Positions 46,097-55,694 of a DNA stretch of 64,000 nucleotides are shown here, piece after piece. Source of the stretch: an uncultured Actinomycetota bacterium (lineage in GTDB: Bacteria; Actinomycetota; Actinomycetes; Propionibacteriales; Nocardioidaceae). Made by a program: the position numbers and the translations under genes. Each line of letters starts with the position of its first letter. Position 1 is the stretch's first letter. The DNA lies in NCBI GenBank assembly GCA_963835385.1, contig CAWIFK010000002.1, positions 255,572-319,571 of the forward strand, given 5' to 3'. The notes under the pieces are model-generated. The model made no database searches. It was not told the origin of the DNA and worked only from the letters and a program-made list of their open reading frames with translations.

Positions 46097-47572
46097 ATGA
46101 GCGAGTTCGAGGCATTCGACCTGGACCGCAGCACCGGCCGGGCATGGCGGCGGTTCCAGGCGCGGCTGGCCGACCACGTGGCGGCGATGCGCGACGACGA
46201 CGTCCTCGTGGTCTCGGCCGACTCCGCGGTCGGCGAGGACGCGGACGGGGCGGCGCCCTACGTCCAGTTCTGTGCGTGGGGGCAGACCCTGGTGCGCGCC
46301 GAGGTGTCCAGCAACGCCTATCTCGCGGCCGAGGTGGCTTTGGACGGCTCCGGGTACGACGCGGTCGCCGCGATCGGCTGGGCCCGACCCACGCTCACGC
46401 CGGAGGACGAGCCGGACGAGGGGTCGGCCAACTTCTTCGTCGACCTCGAGCGTGCGGAGGCCGACCGGCTGGCGGTGATGTCGACGCAGGTGCTCCGGCA
46501 GGTCTTCGGGGTGCCGCACCCCGCCTTCCTGTCCGCCGACGGCTGGGAGCCCGACCTCTCCGACGACGCCCCGGTCGTGGTGGAGGAGCCGGTCGTCGAG
46601 TCGCCGGCGACGTTCCCCGACTCGCGCGAGCACCTGCTGCGGCTCGTGGACGAGGCGCTGACACCGGTGTTCGGGCAGGCGCCCGAGCACGACGAGGACG
46701 ACGACATCCCGGTCGTGAGCGGCACCGCCCTGGCCTACGTGCGGGTCCTGGAGCAGGTGCCGGGCATCTCGCTGTTCTGCGCGCTCGTCCACGGGGTCGC
46801 CGACCGTGACCGCGCCGCCTTCGAGGTCGCCGTGCTCAACCGCGACGAGCGCTTCCTCAAGTTCGTCCTCGACGAGGACCGGGTGATGGCGCAGGTGTTC
46901 CTGCCCGCCTACCCGTTCGCGCCGGAGCAGCTCAGGACGATGCTGGCGATCCTCGTCGAGGCCGTCGACACGATCGACGACGACCTGGTGGCGCGGGTGG
47001 GCGGCCGGCGTACCTTCGAGCCGGTCGAGGACCGCGCCGGCTCCCGATCCGAGGACTACCGGAGCCCGGGCCCCCTCACCGACGAGGAGCTGCACGCCCT
47101 GCTCGACGACGCCGAGCGGCTCGTCGTCGAGGAGCAGACCCCGCCGGTCCATCCGGCGATGACGACCCTGCTCGAGCTCGACGCCGACGAGCCGGGCTCG
47201 CTGACGCCGGAGCTGGCGGCCTCCGTCTGCTCCGGCGACCGGGACCTGCTCCTGGACCTGATCGCCTGGAGCAGCGAGCAGGAGATCGCCTGGCGACGCG
47301 CCCGCGACGCGGCCCTGACCGCCGCGGACACCGGTGACCGCGCCGAGGCCGGGGTCTGCGAGCGCGAGGCCGACCGGGCGCAGGCGATGGTCGAGCTGCT
47401 GCGCCGCACGCTGCGGCTGGTCGTCGAACGGCAGCTGGGCCGGGACCGGAGCCGCTTCGGCTACCTCGACGCCCGCCACCGCTCACAGACCCGCACGCGA
47501 CCCGATGCCGACCGGCCCCTGCCGGGCCTCGAGCCCCCGCCCGACGAGCCGGACCTGTTCGACGAGGGCTGA
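46097..47572 (+). CDS. Multi-domain T3SS (YopN/CesT)/YbjN-like peptide-binding chaperone protein (TY-Chap-like)
   Basis: N-domain 'AWRRFQARLAD...PYVQFCAWG...VRAEVSSNAYL...GW..P...NFF...RLA.M...LR.VFGVPHPAFL'; YbjN-like middle 'DEDDDIPV.SG...VRV...LN....FLKF'; helical C-domain. Confidence 0.7.
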   Translation: MSEFEAFDLDRSTGRAWRRFQARLADHVAAMRDDDVLVVSADSAVGEDADGAAPYVQFCAWGQTLVRAEVSSNAYLAAEVALDGSGYDAVAAIGWARPTLTPEDEPDEGSANFFVDLERAEADRLAVMSTQVLRQVFGVPHPAFLSADGWEPDLSDDAPVVVEEPVVESPATFPDSREHLLRLVDEALTPVFGQAPEHDEDDDIPVVSGTALAYVRVLEQVPGISLFCALVHGVADRDRAAFEVAVLNRDERFLKFVLDEDRVMAQVFLPAYPFAPEQLRTMLAILVEAVDTIDDDLVARVGGRRTFEPVEDRAGSRSEDYRSPGPLTDEELHALLDDAERLVVEEQTPPVHPAMTTLLELDADEPGSLTPELAASVCSGDRDLLLDLIAWSSEQEIAWRRARDAALTAADTGDRAEAGVCEREADRAQAMVELLRRTLRLVVERQLGRDRSRFGYLDARHRSQTRTRPDADRPLPGLEPPPDEPDLFDEG

Positions 47573-47658
47573 GGTCCCGCACTGCCGGCTCGGTCCGCCC
47601 GGTCCGTGGCGACCTGTCCGACATCGCCTCGCCGGGGCCGCGAAGCCGGAGCCGAGCG

Positions 47659-47672
47659 GGGTCCAAGGTCCT
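47659..47672. promoter_or_regulatory. DosR/DevR-like box upstream of E1alpha
   Basis: GGGTC-CAAG-GTCCT (minus strand AGGACCTTGGACCC). Confidence 0.35.
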
Positions 47673-47735
47673 TAGCACCCCCGGGCCGTGCGGCGTACGT
47701 TCCTGCGGAGGAAGCCCCTTCCCCCGGAGGTCCGG

Positions 47736-48773
47736 ATGACCACGCACGTAGCCCCTGCCGCCCCGACGGTCGCCGCGCCGAGCAGCCCGGACGCCGAGCC
47801 CACCGCGACGACCCGGGTCAAGCTCTACGAGACGATGGTGCTCAGCCGCACCTACGAGGAGGCGATCCTCCGCGAGTACCACGCCGACAAGGGGCCGGGC
47901 TTCGACATCGGCAAGGGGCTCGTGCCCGGCGAGATGCACCTGTCCGCCGGGCAGGAGCCCGTCGCAGCCGGGGTCTGCGCCCACCTGACCACCGAGGACG
48001 CGGTGACCGCCACCCACCGCCCCCACCACCTCGCCATCGCCCACGGCGTGGACCTCAACGCGATGACCGCGGAGATCTTCGGCCGCGTCGACGGGCTCGG
48101 CAGGGGCCGCGGCGGTCACATGCACCTGTTCGACCCGGCCACCCACTTCTCGTGCTCGGGCATCATCGCCGAGGGCTACCCGCCCGCACTCGGGCAGGCG
48201 TTCGCCTTCCACCGTCGCGGTACCGACCGGGTCGCGGTCGCGGTCACCGGTGAGGGCGCGGCCAACCAGGGCGCCTTCCACGAGTCGCTCAACCTGGCCG
48301 CCCGCTGGTCCCTGCCGGTGGTGTTCGTCGTCGAGGACAACGACTGGGGCATCTCGGTCCCGCGGTCGGTCTCGACCGCCGTCGGCTCGAACGCCGACCG
48401 CGCCGCGGCGTACGGCATCCCCGGCGAGCGGATCGAGGACAACGACGTCGAGGCGGTGTACGCCGCTGCCGGCCGTGCCGTCGCCCGCGCCCGCGCGGGG
48501 CAGGGGCCCTCGCTGATCGAGGTGCACACCCTGCGGATGTGGGGCCACTTCGAGGGCGACGCGCAGGGCTACCGCCCCGAGCTGGCCGAGGTGCCCCAGC
48601 ACGACCCGATCCCCGTCTACGAGAAGCGGCTGCGCGAGGCCGGCCTGATCGACGACGCGGCGGTCGAGGAGGTCAGGCGGCTGTGCGTCACCGCCGTCGA
48701 GGACGCCATCGGCTTCGCCAAGGCGAGCGCCGTACCCGACCCCGCCACCGCCACCGAGCACGTCTTCGCCTGA
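47736..48773 (+). CDS. ThDP-dependent 2-oxoacid/acetoin dehydrogenase E1 alpha subunit
   Basis: 'GEMHLSAGQE', 'THRPHH', 'GRGGHMH', ThDP motif 'GEGAANQG...EDND', 'RMWGHFEGD'. GGAGG RBS. Confidence 0.93.
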   Translation: MTTHVAPAAPTVAAPSSPDAEPTATTRVKLYETMVLSRTYEEAILREYHADKGPGFDIGKGLVPGEMHLSAGQEPVAAGVCAHLTTEDAVTATHRPHHLAIAHGVDLNAMTAEIFGRVDGLGRGRGGHMHLFDPATHFSCSGIIAEGYPPALGQAFAFHRRGTDRVAVAVTGEGAANQGAFHESLNLAARWSLPVVFVVEDNDWGISVPRSVSTAVGSNADRAAAYGIPGERIEDNDVEAVYAAAGRAVARARAGQGPSLIEVHTLRMWGHFEGDAQGYRPELAEVPQHDPIPVYEKRLREAGLIDDAAVEEVRRLCVTAVEDAIGFAKASAVPDPATATEHVFA

Positions 48774-48784
48774 AGGAGCACACG

Positions 48785-49813
48785 ATGACCATCACGGAGG
48801 CACCGCAGGAGACGCGCCGGCTGACCACGTCCAAGGCGATGGTCGAGGCGATCGCGCAGGAGATGGAACGCGACCCGTCGGTGTTCTACCTCGGCGAGGA
48901 CGTCGGGGCGTACGGCGGCATCTTCAGCTCCACCACCGGGCTGCTCGACAGGTTCGGGCCCGACCGGATCATCGACACCCCGATCTCGGAGACCGCCTTC
49001 ATCGGCCTCGGCATCGGCGCCGCGGTCGAGGGGATGCGGCCCGTCGTCGAGGTCATGTTCGCCGACTTCATGGGCGTCTGCCTCGACCAGATCTACAACC
49101 ACATGGCGAAGATCCACTTCGAGTCCGGCGGCAACGTGAAGGTGCCGATGGTGCTGACGATGGCCGCGGGCGGCGGGTACTCCGACGGCGCCCAGCACTC
49201 CCAGTGCCTGTGGGGCACCCTCGCGCACCTGCCCGGCATGAAGGTGGTCGTGCCCAGCAGCCCGGCGGACGCCAAGGGGCTGATGACCTCCGCGATCCGC
49301 GACGACAACCCGGTGGTCTACCTCTTCCACAAGGGCGTCATGGGGCTGCCGTGGATGGCGAAGAACCCCCGGGCGCTCGACGAGGTGCCGCAGGGCGACT
49401 ACACCGTCCCGATCGGCAAGGCCCGCGTCGCCCGGCCCGGCACCGACGTCACCGTCGTCACGCTGTCGCTCTCGGTGCACCACGCCCTCGACGTGGCCGA
49501 CGCGCTGGCCCCCGAGGGCATCGACGTCGAGGTGCTCGACCTGCGGAGCCTGGTGCCGCTGGACCGCGAGGCGATCCTCACCTCGGTGGGGAAGACCGGG
49601 CGCTTGGTGGTCGTCGACGAGGACTACCTCTCCTACGGTGTCTCGGCCGAGGTCGTCGCGACGGTCGCCGACCAGGACCCGGGGATGCTGGTGGTGCCGC
49701 CCCGGCGCATCGCCGTGCCCGACGTGCCGATCCCCTATGCCCACGACCTCGAGTACGCCGTCCTGCCCCGGCACGACCGGATCGAGGCCGCCGTGCGGGC
49801 CGTGGCCGGATGA
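48785..49813 (+). CDS. 2-oxoacid/acetoin dehydrogenase E1 beta subunit
   Basis: 'GEDVG..GGIF..T.GL..RFG..RIIDTPISE', 'GAQHSQ', 'DLRSLVPLD', 'VVVDED'. Confidence 0.95.
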   Translation: MTITEAPQETRRLTTSKAMVEAIAQEMERDPSVFYLGEDVGAYGGIFSSTTGLLDRFGPDRIIDTPISETAFIGLGIGAAVEGMRPVVEVMFADFMGVCLDQIYNHMAKIHFESGGNVKVPMVLTMAAGGGYSDGAQHSQCLWGTLAHLPGMKVVVPSSPADAKGLMTSAIRDDNPVVYLFHKGVMGLPWMAKNPRALDEVPQGDYTVPIGKARVARPGTDVTVVTLSLSVHHALDVADALAPEGIDVEVLDLRSLVPLDREAILTSVGKTGRLVVVDEDYLSYGVSAEVVATVADQDPGMLVVPPRRIAVPDVPIPYAHDLEYAVLPRHDRIEAAVRAVAG

Positions 49814-50043
49814 CCGAGGTCGCCTTCCCGCCGCTGTCGAAGGACGCGCCCGACGCCGAGGGAGTCGTCTCCACCTGGTTCGTCAGCGAGGGCGCCACCG
49901 TGGTCGCCGACGACCTCCTCGCCGAGGTCCAGGTCGACAAGGTGGCCGCCGAGGTGCCGGCCCCCGTCGCGGGGGTGGTGCACCTGCTGGTGCAGGAGGA
50001 GGAGGCCGTCCGGCAGGGCCGGCCGATCGCGCGGATCGACTGA
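49810..50043 (+). CDS. Stand-alone lipoyl (biotin/lipoyl attachment) domain protein, 77 aa
   Basis: 'EGVVSTWFVSEGATV..DDLLAEVQVDKVAAEVPAPVAGVV'. ATGA overlap; stop directly after the domain. Confidence 0.92.
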   Translation: MTEVAFPPLSKDAPDAEGVVSTWFVSEGATVVADDLLAEVQVDKVAAEVPAPVAGVVHLLVQEEEAVRQGRPIARID

Positions 50044-50109
50044 CCGGCCGGCTGGCCTGCGGCGAGCGGGGTGGACAAGCCGGACCCACCGCGGTCTACG
50101 GTGTCGCCG

Positions 50110-51465
50110 ATGTCCCACCACGACCCCGACGTGCCACCACCCTCGACGGCCTACCTCGACCAGCTCGGGGCGGAGACTGCCCGCAGGGCCGACCGGAGCG
50201 AGCCGATGAGCTCGCCGTACGCCGGTGCACCGCAGGGCGCGACGACGGCTCTCGACGCGCACGTGGCGGACCTGGGCGAGGAGCTCGTCGGCGTGCTGCG
50301 CACCCTGCACGAGCGTCCCGAGACCGCGTTCGCCGAGGTGGAGAGCGTCCGCACGCTCGTGGAGACGCTGGCCCGCCACGGCGTCGAGGCGACCCCCGGC
50401 GTCCACGGCCTCGACACCGCCTTCCGCGCCGAGCTGGCGGCCGGGGGCTTCGACCCCGGCCGGCACCGCACGGTCGCGATCCTCGCGGAGTACGACGCCC
50501 TGCCGGGGATCGGGCACGGCTGCGGCCACAACGTGATCGCCGCGACCGCGGTCGGGGCGTTCCTGGCGCTCGAGCGGCTGCTCGACGCGGACCCCGGCGC
50601 GTTCGAGGGCCGCGTCGTGCTGCTGGGGACGCCGGCCGAGGAGGGCCACACCGGCAAGGAGTACCTCGCCCGCGAGGGAGCCTTCGTCGGCGTCGACGCC
50701 GCGATCATGGCGCATCCCTACGGGGCGGACCTCGCCGAGCAGGTCTGGCTGGGGCGGCGCACCCTCAGCGCCACCTTCACCGGGGTGCCAGCGCACGCCT
50801 CGGCGCAGCCGTTCATGGGCCGCAACGCCCTCGACGCGGCGACGCTGGCCTACCAGGGCCTCGGCCTGCTGCGCCAGCAGCTGCCGCCGGTCGACCGCGT
50901 CCACGCCGTGATCACCGAGGGCGGCACCCGGCCCTCGGTCATCCCGCAGACCGCCCGGATGGACCTGTACCTGCGCTCGGCGTACCCCGAGACGCTCAAG
51001 GACCTGTCCCGCCGGGTCGACGACGTCCTGCACGGCGCGGCGCTGATGGCCGGTGTGGAGGTGCACGTCGACTGGGACCGCCACCCGCCGTCCCTTCCCG
51101 TGCGGACCAGCTCCGCGCTGACCGGGCGTTGGGTGGCCGCCCAGCAGGGGAGGGGCCGCGCCCCGCTGCCGGCCGGCGTGGTCTCGGAGACCCTCGCCGC
51201 CTCCACCGACTTCGGCAACGTCAGCTACCGGGTGCCGGGCATCCACCCGCTGATCAAGATCACCGACCTCGGGACCGCTCTGCACACCGAGGAGTTCGCG
51301 GCCGCAGCCGCCTCGGCGGAGGCAGAACGGGCCGCGCGCGACGGTGCCTACGGGCTGGCCTGCACGGCTCTGGACTTCCTCGTCGACGACGTCCTCGCCG
51401 CCGCGGTGCGGGAGGAGTTCGAGCAGGCGGGCGGCGCCGTCGACGTCACCGGCTACTTCGACTGA
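50110..51465 (+). CDS. M20 family metallopeptidase/amidohydrolase (AbgB/ACY1L2-like)
   Basis: 'AEYDALPGIGHGCGHNVIA', 'GTPAEEG..GK', 'AHAS..P..GRNALDA', 'ASTDFGNVS', 'LHT'. Leaderless -10 TACGGT 7 nt before ATG 50110. Confidence 0.92.
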   Translation: MSHHDPDVPPPSTAYLDQLGAETARRADRSEPMSSPYAGAPQGATTALDAHVADLGEELVGVLRTLHERPETAFAEVESVRTLVETLARHGVEATPGVHGLDTAFRAELAAGGFDPGRHRTVAILAEYDALPGIGHGCGHNVIAATAVGAFLALERLLDADPGAFEGRVVLLGTPAEEGHTGKEYLAREGAFVGVDAAIMAHPYGADLAEQVWLGRRTLSATFTGVPAHASAQPFMGRNALDAATLAYQGLGLLRQQLPPVDRVHAVITEGGTRPSVIPQTARMDLYLRSAYPETLKDLSRRVDDVLHGAALMAGVEVHVDWDRHPPSLPVRTSSALTGRWVAAQQGRGRAPLPAGVVSETLAASTDFGNVSYRVPGIHPLIKITDLGTALHTEEFAAAAASAEAERAARDGAYGLACTALDFLVDDVLAAAVREEFEQAGGAVDVTGYFD

Positions 51466-51481
51466 CCCCGCACCGCGGCTC

Positions 51482-51506
51482 GTTTGTGCCCGGAGGCCGT
51501 GGGTAC
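51482..51506 (+). promoter_or_regulatory. SigF/SigB-type promoter
   Basis: GTTT-N15-GGGTAC, an exact consensus match. Confidence 0.8.
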
Positions 51507-51571
51507 TTCACTTGCGCGGACGCACGCAACGAGACCCGGTCGGGTGCACTGCCACGAGGAGGGCGGACCTG

Positions 51572-52057
51572 ATGCACATGCCAGGACGAACGCCGGACAA
51601 GCGCATGGACGACCCGGAGGTCCAGCAGCGGGCGCGCGAGCTCGACGGGGAGCGGGAGCAGGCGGAGGAAGCGGCGCACGAAGGCGGCAACGCGCCGCTG
51701 TACGGCATCGCCACGTTCGTCCTGCTGGCCTGCGGAGCCTGGATGGCGCTGGGCACGTTCTTCCTGGGCTACCCCACGACCGAGACCGGCTACGACAACG
51801 TGCTGCGCTCCCTCGGGGCCGCCGTGGTGGTGCTGCTCGCGGGCCTGTGGCTGGTCAACGTGGCCGCGACCCGGTGGGTCGCCGGACTCTGCGTGGTGGT
51901 CGGCGCGGCCGAGGTGTACGCCGCGTTCGGTGTCTCTCACGACGAGCAGGTGACCGCCTACCAGTTCGGCATCATCGGCGGGCTGCTCATGATCGCCGGC
52001 ACTGTCGCCGCTCTGGCTCCCCGCCACCGCGGCAGGGGAGCCGCCCGGATGCGGTAG
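51572..52057 (+). CDS. Small membrane protein (4 TM, SPW-repeat-like) with acidic N-terminus
   Basis: GAGGAG RBS; four hydrophobic segments from 'LYGIATFVLLACGAW' to 'FGIIGGLLMIAGTVAAL'. Confidence 0.7.
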   Translation: MHMPGRTPDKRMDDPEVQQRARELDGEREQAEEAAHEGGNAPLYGIATFVLLACGAWMALGTFFLGYPTTETGYDNVLRSLGAAVVVLLAGLWLVNVAATRWVAGLCVVVGAAEVYAAFGVSHDEQVTAYQFGIIGGLLMIAGTVAALAPRHRGRGAARMR

Positions 52058-52296
52058 CCGGACCGCCGACGTCGCGCAGGGTGCCGCTCCTGCGCCTCTC
52101 GCCGTTGCCCCGGCAACGCCGGCCTGGTGACGCGGCTCCGGGCGTCCGGTTCGGGCGTGATGCGACTTGTCCGGCCGGTTTGGTCCGACCGCACGATCCG
52201 GACGCGGACCCGGCGTGTCGTTTAGGCAGGTCTTGGGCCGGGAAGGTCTGGGGATATTTGCTTGCTTGGGTAACGACCTGATTGGGTGATGTGTCC

Positions 52297-53844
52297 ATGA
52301 GCACAGAGGTACTTGCGGCCGAGTCCGAGACATGGCCTTGGCTGGCTGCCACCGAGGATGCGATCAACGGGTTCTTCGAACCGATCGCGAAAGCCGTCAG
52401 CTCCGTCATCTTCTACGAGGTGAACATCTTCGGCGTCAGCGTCCCGCTGATCGTGTTCTGGCTGGTGACAGCGGCGGCCGTCTTCACCATCTACTTCCGG
52501 GGCATCCAGTTCCGCGGCATCAAGACCTCCCTCGCCCTGGTCAGGGGGAAGTACTCCCGCAGCAGCGACCCCGGCGAGGTGACGCACTTCCAGGCGCTCT
52601 CCTCGGCGGTCTCGGGCACCGTCGGTCTCGGCAACATCGCCGGTGTCGGCGTCGCGGTGACCATCGGCGGTCCCGGGGCGACGTTCTGGATGATCGTCGC
52701 CGGGCTGCTCGGCATGTGCACGAAGTTCGTCGAGTGCACGCTCGGTGTGAAGTACCGCGAGGTGCACGAGGACGGGTCGGTCACGGGCGGCCCGTTCCGC
52801 TACCTCCCGGTGGCCTTCGAGCGCTTCGGCTCGGCCGCCTCGCGGGGCCTCACCCTCGTGTTCGCGCTGGCGCTGTTCCTCTTCGGTGCCGTCGGCGGCA
52901 ACATGTTCCAGGCCAACCAGACCTTCGCCCAGGTGCAGGAGGTCACCGGCGGTGACGACGGCTTCCTCGGCTCCAGTGGCTCCGCCCTCATCTTCGGCGT
53001 CGTGCTCGCCGCCATGGTCGGTGCCGTGATCCTGGGCGGCATCACCTCGATCGCCCGGGTGACCAGCAAGCTGGTGCCGTTCATGGCGATCCTCTACCTG
53101 ATCAGCTGCGTGCTGGTCATCGCCGGCAACATCGTGCAGGTGCCCGACGCGTTCGCCGCGATCGTCGAGGGCGCGTTCGCTCCCGCCGGCATCGCCGGCG
53201 GTACCCTCGGCGTGCTGATCATCGGCTTCCAGCGCGCGGCGTTCTCCAACGAGGCCGGCGTCGGCTCCGCTCCGATCGCGCACTCGGCGGTCAAGACCCG
53301 GCACCCCGTCAGCGAGGGCTTCGTGGCGCTGCTCGAGCCGTTCATCGACACGGTCGTGATCTGCACGATGACGGCGCTCACTATCGTCATCGCCGACACC
53401 TCGTTCTACAACAACGCGCAGACCGCTGTCGCCAACGGGGAGGCGCCTCCGGACGGTGTCGTCGTGACGTCCCGCGCGTTCGAGTCGTTCCTGCCGCAGT
53501 TCCCGGTGATCCTCGCGATCGCGGTGGCGCTCTTCGCGTTCTCGACGCTGATCACGTGGGCCTACTACTCGATGAAGGCCTGGACCACGATGTTCGGCCG
53601 CACCAAGCGCAGCGAGCTCACCTTCAAGGTGGTGTTCTGCGTGTTCACCGTCATCGGCACGGTGATGACGTTCGAGTCGGTGCTCACCTTCGCCGACTCG
53701 ATGCTGTTCGTCTGCGCGATCGTCAACCTGCTCGGCTGCTACCTCCTGCTGCCCAAGGTCCGCGCCGAGCTGCGCGACTTCGTGCAGGGCCTGCGCGAGG
53801 GCCGCATCCAGCAGGTGCCGGTGGAGGAGCGGGCCAACACCTGA
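52297..53844 (+). CDS. Alanine/glycine:cation symporter (AGCS family)
   Basis: 'FQALSSAVSGTVGLGNIAGV...GGPGATFWM', 'FSNEAGVGSAPIAH', 'FIDTVVICTMT'. Confidence 0.95.
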   Translation: MSTEVLAAESETWPWLAATEDAINGFFEPIAKAVSSVIFYEVNIFGVSVPLIVFWLVTAAAVFTIYFRGIQFRGIKTSLALVRGKYSRSSDPGEVTHFQALSSAVSGTVGLGNIAGVGVAVTIGGPGATFWMIVAGLLGMCTKFVECTLGVKYREVHEDGSVTGGPFRYLPVAFERFGSAASRGLTLVFALALFLFGAVGGNMFQANQTFAQVQEVTGGDDGFLGSSGSALIFGVVLAAMVGAVILGGITSIARVTSKLVPFMAILYLISCVLVIAGNIVQVPDAFAAIVEGAFAPAGIAGGTLGVLIIGFQRAAFSNEAGVGSAPIAHSAVKTRHPVSEGFVALLEPFIDTVVICTMTALTIVIADTSFYNNAQTAVANGEAPPDGVVVTSRAFESFLPQFPVILAIAVALFAFSTLITWAYYSMKAWTTMFGRTKRSELTFKVVFCVFTVIGTVMTFESVLTFADSMLFVCAIVNLLGCYLLLPKVRAELRDFVQGLREGRIQQVPVEERANT

Positions 53845-53862
53845 GCGACGCCCTCCTGCCGA

Positions 53863-53902
53863 CGACGGCGGCACGGCCCCCGGCGGGGTCGTGCCGCCGT
53901 CG
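53863..53902. terminator. Bidirectional stem-loop terminator between convergent AGCS and MFS genes
   Basis: CGACGGCGGCACGGCCCC-cggc-GGGGTCGTGCCGCCGTCG, 18-bp stem with one G-U pair. Confidence 0.8.
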
Positions 53903-53919
53903 CGTGCGGTGGGCAGTGC

Positions 53920-55488
53920 TCAGGCCGCGGCGGCCACCGCGGGCTGTGCCGGCACGTCCTGCCGGCGCGCGTTGATCACGAAGACCGAGACCAGGAGGGC
54001 GGCGAACAGCAGCGTCGCACCCCCCAGGAACGCCACGTGGTAGCCGGTGAGGAAGGCCTCGGGGGCCAGGCGCTGGGCGTCCTCGGGGCTCCGCGCGTTC
54101 TCGGTGAGGAACGTCGTGACGGCCCCGGCGAAGAGCGTGTTGAGCAGCGCTGTGCCGAGGGAGCCGCCGACCTGCTGCGAGGTGTTGAGCACGGCGCTGG
54201 CGATGCCGGCGTCGTGGGAGCCGACGTTGAGCAGAGCCGTGCTGGAGGCGGGGATGAAGACGCAGGCCATGCCGATGCTCAGCAGCAGCTCCGCGGGCAG
54301 CACCCGGGTGACGTAGGAGGTGTCGGCCTCCACCTGGGTCAGCAGCAGCATGCCGGTGACCGCCAGGCTGAGGCCGCCGACCATCAACGGCTTGGGGCCC
54401 ACGCGCGGGAGCAGCTGGGCGACCACGCCGGCGGTCAGGATGATGCCGACGCTGAAGGGCAGGAACGCGAAACCGGCCCGCAACGGGCTGTAGCCCAGGT
54501 TGAGCTGGAAGTAGTAGGTGAGGAACAGGAACATCGCGAACAGCCCGGCGCCGACGAACAGGAACACCAGGTAGGAGCCGCCGCGGTTGCGGTCGAGGAC
54601 CACTCGCAGCGGGAGCATGGGGTTGCGCGCGCGCCGTTCCCACAGGACGAACATCACCAGCATGACCACCGCGGCCACCAGCCACGCGACGGTGACCGGG
54701 TCCGACCAGCCCTGCACGGAGGTGTCGGTGGGGTCGCCGGGGTTCTTGGCCTTCGCCGCCTCGGTGAACCCGTAGACCAGCGAGAAGAGCCCGGCGGTCG
54801 CCAGCAGCACGCCCGGGACGTCGTAGCGGGTGTCGCCGGGGGCCTTGCTCTCCTGGACCAGGACCACGGCGGCCACCGCGACCAGGATCGCCACCGGCAC
54901 GTTCACGCCGAGGCACCAGCGCCAGGAGGTGTACTCGGTCAGGATGCCGCCGACGATCAGGCCGATGGCGGCACCGCCGCCGGAGAGTGCGCCGAACACG
55001 CCGAACGCCTTGGCACGCTCCCTGGGCTCGGTGAACGTCACCGTGACCAGCGACAGCGCGGCCGGCGCCATGAGCGCGGCGAAGGCGCCCTGCAGGGCCC
55101 GGGCGGCGAACAGCAGCTCCGCGTTGGGGGCGAGGCCACCGATGGCCGAGGCGGCGGCGAAGCCGCTCAGTCCGATGAGGAACGTGCGCTTGCGCCCGGT
55201 GTAGTCGGCGATGCGGCCGCCGAGCAGCAACAGCGCGCCGAAGGACAGGGTGTAGGCGGTCACGACCCACTGCCGGTCGGCGTTGCTGATCCCGAGGTCC
55301 TCCTGCGCCGAGGGCAGCGCGATGTTCACGATGGAGGCGTCGAGCACGATCATCAGCTGCGCGGCGGCGAGTACCGCGAGCGCCCACCAGCGTCTCGGGT
55401 CCTGCTCGCGGGGGTTCTCGAACGGCGCCGCCCGGTCTCCCCGGGGCGAGTCGACGGGGGGACGTGCTGGTGGCACTGAGTCGGACAC
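53920..55488 (-). CDS. MFS transporter, DHA2 (14-TMS) drug:H+ antiporter family
   Basis: 'QLMIVLDASIVNIALPS', 'LLLGGRIADYTGRKR', 'WRWCLGVNVP', 'YDVPG'. AGGAGG RBS before GTG 55488. Confidence 0.93.
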   Translation of the reverse strand: MSDSVPPARPPVDSPRGDRAAPFENPREQDPRRWWALAVLAAAQLMIVLDASIVNIALPSAQEDLGISNADRQWVVTAYTLSFGALLLLGGRIADYTGRKRTFLIGLSGFAAASAIGGLAPNAELLFAARALQGAFAALMAPAALSLVTVTFTEPRERAKAFGVFGALSGGGAAIGLIVGGILTEYTSWRWCLGVNVPVAILVAVAAVVLVQESKAPGDTRYDVPGVLLATAGLFSLVYGFTEAAKAKNPGDPTDTSVQGWSDPVTVAWLVAAVVMLVMFVLWERRARNPMLPLRVVLDRNRGGSYLVFLFVGAGLFAMFLFLTYYFQLNLGYSPLRAGFAFLPFSVGIILTAGVVAQLLPRVGPKPLMVGGLSLAVTGMLLLTQVEADTSYVTRVLPAELLLSIGMACVFIPASSTALLNVGSHDAGIASAVLNTSQQVGGSLGTALLNTLFAGAVTTFLTENARSPEDAQRLAPEAFLTGYHVAFLGGATLLFAALLVSVFVINARRQDVPAQPAVAAAA

Positions 55489-55694
55489 GAGACCTCCTGG
55501 CGTGATCCATCTGGCTGGAACGGCCGGTGGGCCGTCAGGGGCCACAACCGCCCCGCCGGAGCGACTCTTCCCGGGGGCACCCACATTTCTGTCCCGGAGC
55601 CTGCGGCGTCCAGACCAGGCGGAAAATCCCTTGACGCCCCGGCAGGGGAGTCGCACCTGCCCCCCGTGCTCGCTCGTGTGTGCGGGCCGGCCGG

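Noticed and set aside
52058-52296. Glycine riboswitch before the AGCS symporter
   Set aside because: The conserved GGAGA / GCCGAAG / CTCAGG elements are not seen; only short hairpins.
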